Source of the DNA: Salinivirgaceae bacterium
GTDB lineage: Bacteria; Bacteroidota; Bacteroidia; Bacteroidales; Salinivirgaceae
Length of the DNA stretch: 28,555 nucleotides
Reading direction: 5' to 3'
Assembly (NCBI GenBank): GCA_035366675.1
Contig: DAOSIN010000001.1
Span: forward strand, 1-28,555
The notes under the pieces are model-generated. The model worked only from the letters and a program-made list of their open reading frames with translations, was not told the DNA's origin and did no database searches. Shown here piece after piece: positions 26,591-28,555 of this stretch. Numbering within the stretch: the first letter of the stretch is position 1; the number at the start of each line of letters is the position of its first letter. Made by a program: the position numbers and the translations under genes.

Positions 26591-26757
26591 CAAATAATTC
26601 GCATGAGAGATAAAACAGCATGTTAGTTTAGTGCAAAATGGTATTAGTAAAGTTGTTTCTTTGTTAAATAGGGTTGGTGAAAATAGATTTATAAGCAAAC
26701 AAAAATTTGGATTTATAATAGAAAGTGAGTCGGATATAGAATTAAATACACAAAAAT

Positions 26758-27066
26758 ATGTTAACACTGCGTAAAAACGTCAAAAAAACAGAAAAGGAAG
26801 TTAATATCAAACTTTCAGGAGATATTAATATTACAAATAGTAATGAATTAAAAAACATACTGAAAGAGTTTTTAACAGATAATCGTAAAATAAGAGTTAT
26901 CTTTGAAAAAGTTGAAACATTTGACTTGTCAGCTGTGCAATTGCTTTATGCCTTTAAGCGCGAAAGAGAAGCTAAAAAACTTAAAGTACAATACGATGCC
27001 GATTTAAGTCAGTCAGTATCAGTTTTATTACAACATGCCAACATCACAATATTTGATAAAGAATAA
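26758..27066 (+). CDS. STAS-domain protein (chemotaxis-cluster associated)
   Basis: IKLSGDINI...LK......IRVIFEKVETFDLSAVQLL STAS pattern, first gene of the che cluster. Confidence 0.85.
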   Translation: MLTLRKNVKKTEKEVNIKLSGDINITNSNELKNILKEFLTDNRKIRVIFEKVETFDLSAVQLLYAFKREREAKKLKVQYDADLSQSVSVLLQHANITIFDKE

Positions 27067-27072
27067 ATTCCT

Positions 27073-27438
27073 ATGGAGAAAAAAATATTAATCGTTGATG
27101 ATTCAGAAAGTATTCGCGAATTAGTTAGTTTTACTTTAGAAAACGCAGGTCATGAAGTGACCAAAGCTGTTGATGGAGATGATGCTCTTAAATATCTTGA
27201 TGGACGAAAGTACGATTTGATTATCACCGACTTGCATATGCCTAACCTTAACGGCATAGAACTGATAAAGAAAGTTAGGGCTATAGAAGAGTATAAATTT
27301 ATTCCAATATTGTTTTTGACTACCGAGTCGCAAACAGCAAAAAAAATGGAAGCCAGAGATGCCGGTGCTACCGGTTGGATTGTCAAACCATTTGTTCCCG
27401 AGAAGCTACTCGAGGCAATTAAAAAAGTTGTAAGATAA
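27073..27438 (+). CDS. cheY: Chemotaxis response regulator CheY
   Basis: Single receiver domain with D9/D10, phospho-acceptor D53, T83 (LTTES) and K105 (GATGWIVKPF), adjacent to cheA. Confidence 0.9.
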   Translation: MEKKILIVDDSESIRELVSFTLENAGHEVTKAVDGDDALKYLDGRKYDLIITDLHMPNLNGIELIKKVRAIEEYKFIPILFLTTESQTAKKMEARDAGATGWIVKPFVPEKLLEAIKKVVR

Positions 27439-28555
27439 TGGAAGCATTTAAAGAGAAATTTAAAGAAGAAGCCAAAGAACTTATTGCCGAACTTGAACAC
27501 ATGGTACTTAAGTTGGAAGGCAATAGAACCGATAAGTCCATTGTCGAAGAAGTTTTTCGCGTAATGCACTCACTTAAAGGGGGTAGTGCAATGTTCGGAT
27601 TTACATTGATTGATAAATTCACACATTTGCTAGAAAATATTTACGACAAAATAAGGGCAGGAGAGTACCAAGTTACAGACGATATTCTTGATATAACTCT
27701 TAACGCAGTTGACCATTTGCGTAACTTGATAGAAGAAACACCAAAAACAGTTGCACAATTAGAGAAAGATAACAATAAATTTATCGAACAGATTGAGAAT
27801 ATTCTTAGTTCGGGAGTTTTAAAATCAGGCGAATTGAAAACAATGCCCAATGACGATAATATAGAGGAAAGCAAGCACGTAAAAACATATTTTGTCCGTT
27901 TCGAGCCCTCTACCGATTTCTTTCAAGATGGTTCTAATCCACTGTTTTTAATTGACGATATATGTCAGCTTGGAGAAACACTGATTGTCCCGATTTACTC
28001 TAAAATACCAAAATTCGAAAAAATCAATCCAATCGATTGTTACGTCTCTTGGAATATGTTGGTCGCAACAGAAGATGACGTAAATGCGATTATGGATGTT
28101 TTTATTTTTACCAATAAACGTTCAAAAGTTGAAGTCGAAAAACTTTCCGACAACAACTTGTTAGTCGAAAAAACACATAGGAAAATATTGTATGAAACTT
28201 TGTCGAAGAATGAAGATAATTTGTTTGACAAGTTGAGTACTAATGTGTTAAACTTTGAAAAAGCACAAAACGAAAGTGAACCAAATTTTCAAAGACAAAG
28301 AGTGCAGTCTTCACATTCTGGAGAACAGACAATTGCCTCAATACGAGTATCAAGTGAAAAGCTCGACAATTTAATAAACTGGGTTAGCGAACTTGTTACA
28401 ATACAAGCACAACTGTCACTATATACCCAACAAAATCAGTACATTGGATTAGCTCCAATATCGGAAGAGATTGAAAAAATAACTCGCCGTTTACGCGACG
28501 ACGTTTTTAGTATAAGGTTAATACCAGTCTCCAACATGCTTACACGCTTTCAGCG
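27438..28555 (+). CDS. cheA: Chemotaxis histidine kinase CheA, 3'-truncated by the window edge (absent from the ORF track)
   Basis: ATG overlaps the cheY stop (TAATG) and the frame stays open to the end. P1/Hpt FRVMH44SLKGGSAMFG, P2-like YFVRFEP...GSNPLFLIDDICQLG and dimerisation SIRVSSEKLDNLINWVSELV...IRLIPV. Confidence 0.95.
   Translation, partial: MEAFKEKFKEEAKELIAELEHMVLKLEGNRTDKSIVEEVFRVMHSLKGGSAMFGFTLIDKFTHLLENIYDKIRAGEYQVTDDILDITLNAVDHLRNLIEETPKTVAQLEKDNNKFIEQIENILSSGVLKSGELKTMPNDDNIEESKHVKTYFVRFEPSTDFFQDGSNPLFLIDDICQLGETLIVPIYSKIPKFEKINPIDCYVSWNMLVATEDDVNAIMDVFIFTNKRSKVEVEKLSDNNLLVEKTHRKILYETLSKNEDNLFDKLSTNVLNFEKAQNESEPNFQRQRVQSSHSGEQTIASIRVSSEKLDNLINWVSELVTIQAQLSLYTQQNQYIGLAPISEEIEKITRRLRDDVFSIRLIPVSNMLTRFQ

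Noticed and set aside
26555-26767. 70-aa minus-strand ORF
   Set aside because: It covers the sigma-54 promoter and leader of the che operon, with no protein signature.
36-28231. Short ORFs antisense to or nested in long genes (e.g. 36-317, 972-1253, 5527-5956, 8260-8520, 12613-12816, 18241-18608, 20725-21742, 24841-26101, 27136-28231)
   Set aside because: They are shadows of well-supported genes with no recognisable motifs.

Overview
AT-rich chromosomal window from an anaerobic Bacteroidota, probably Bacteroidales-like. This is inferred from TAnnTTTG promoters, T9SS cargo, a PorV-like barrel and hydF. It is mostly housekeeping and envelope genes: two tandem DAGK/YegS-family lipid kinases, orphan hydF, a serine hydrolase, tricorn/S41 protease, thpR, DUF502, purQ, acyl-CoA reductase, TlpA, an HNH nuclease, a PorV/PorQ-family protein, an ECF sigma module, gltX, YkgJ, an HD protein, a coiled-coil lipoprotein, a BspA-type LRR protein, a frameshifted FG-GAP T9SS protein and lnt. 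The window ends in the start of a STAS-cheY-cheA chemosensory operon behind a near-consensus sigma-54 promoter, which is the most unusual system here for a normally non-flagellated phylum. The intergenic DNA is crowded with small repeats: six GTAG REP-like palindromes, a 151-bp MITE with a 6-bp target duplication, a nested 24/25-mer, 7-bp-period arrays and IS200/605-like hairpins. I saw no rRNA, tRNA, CRISPR array or transposase gene. All family calls come from motif recognition by eye, not from database searches.
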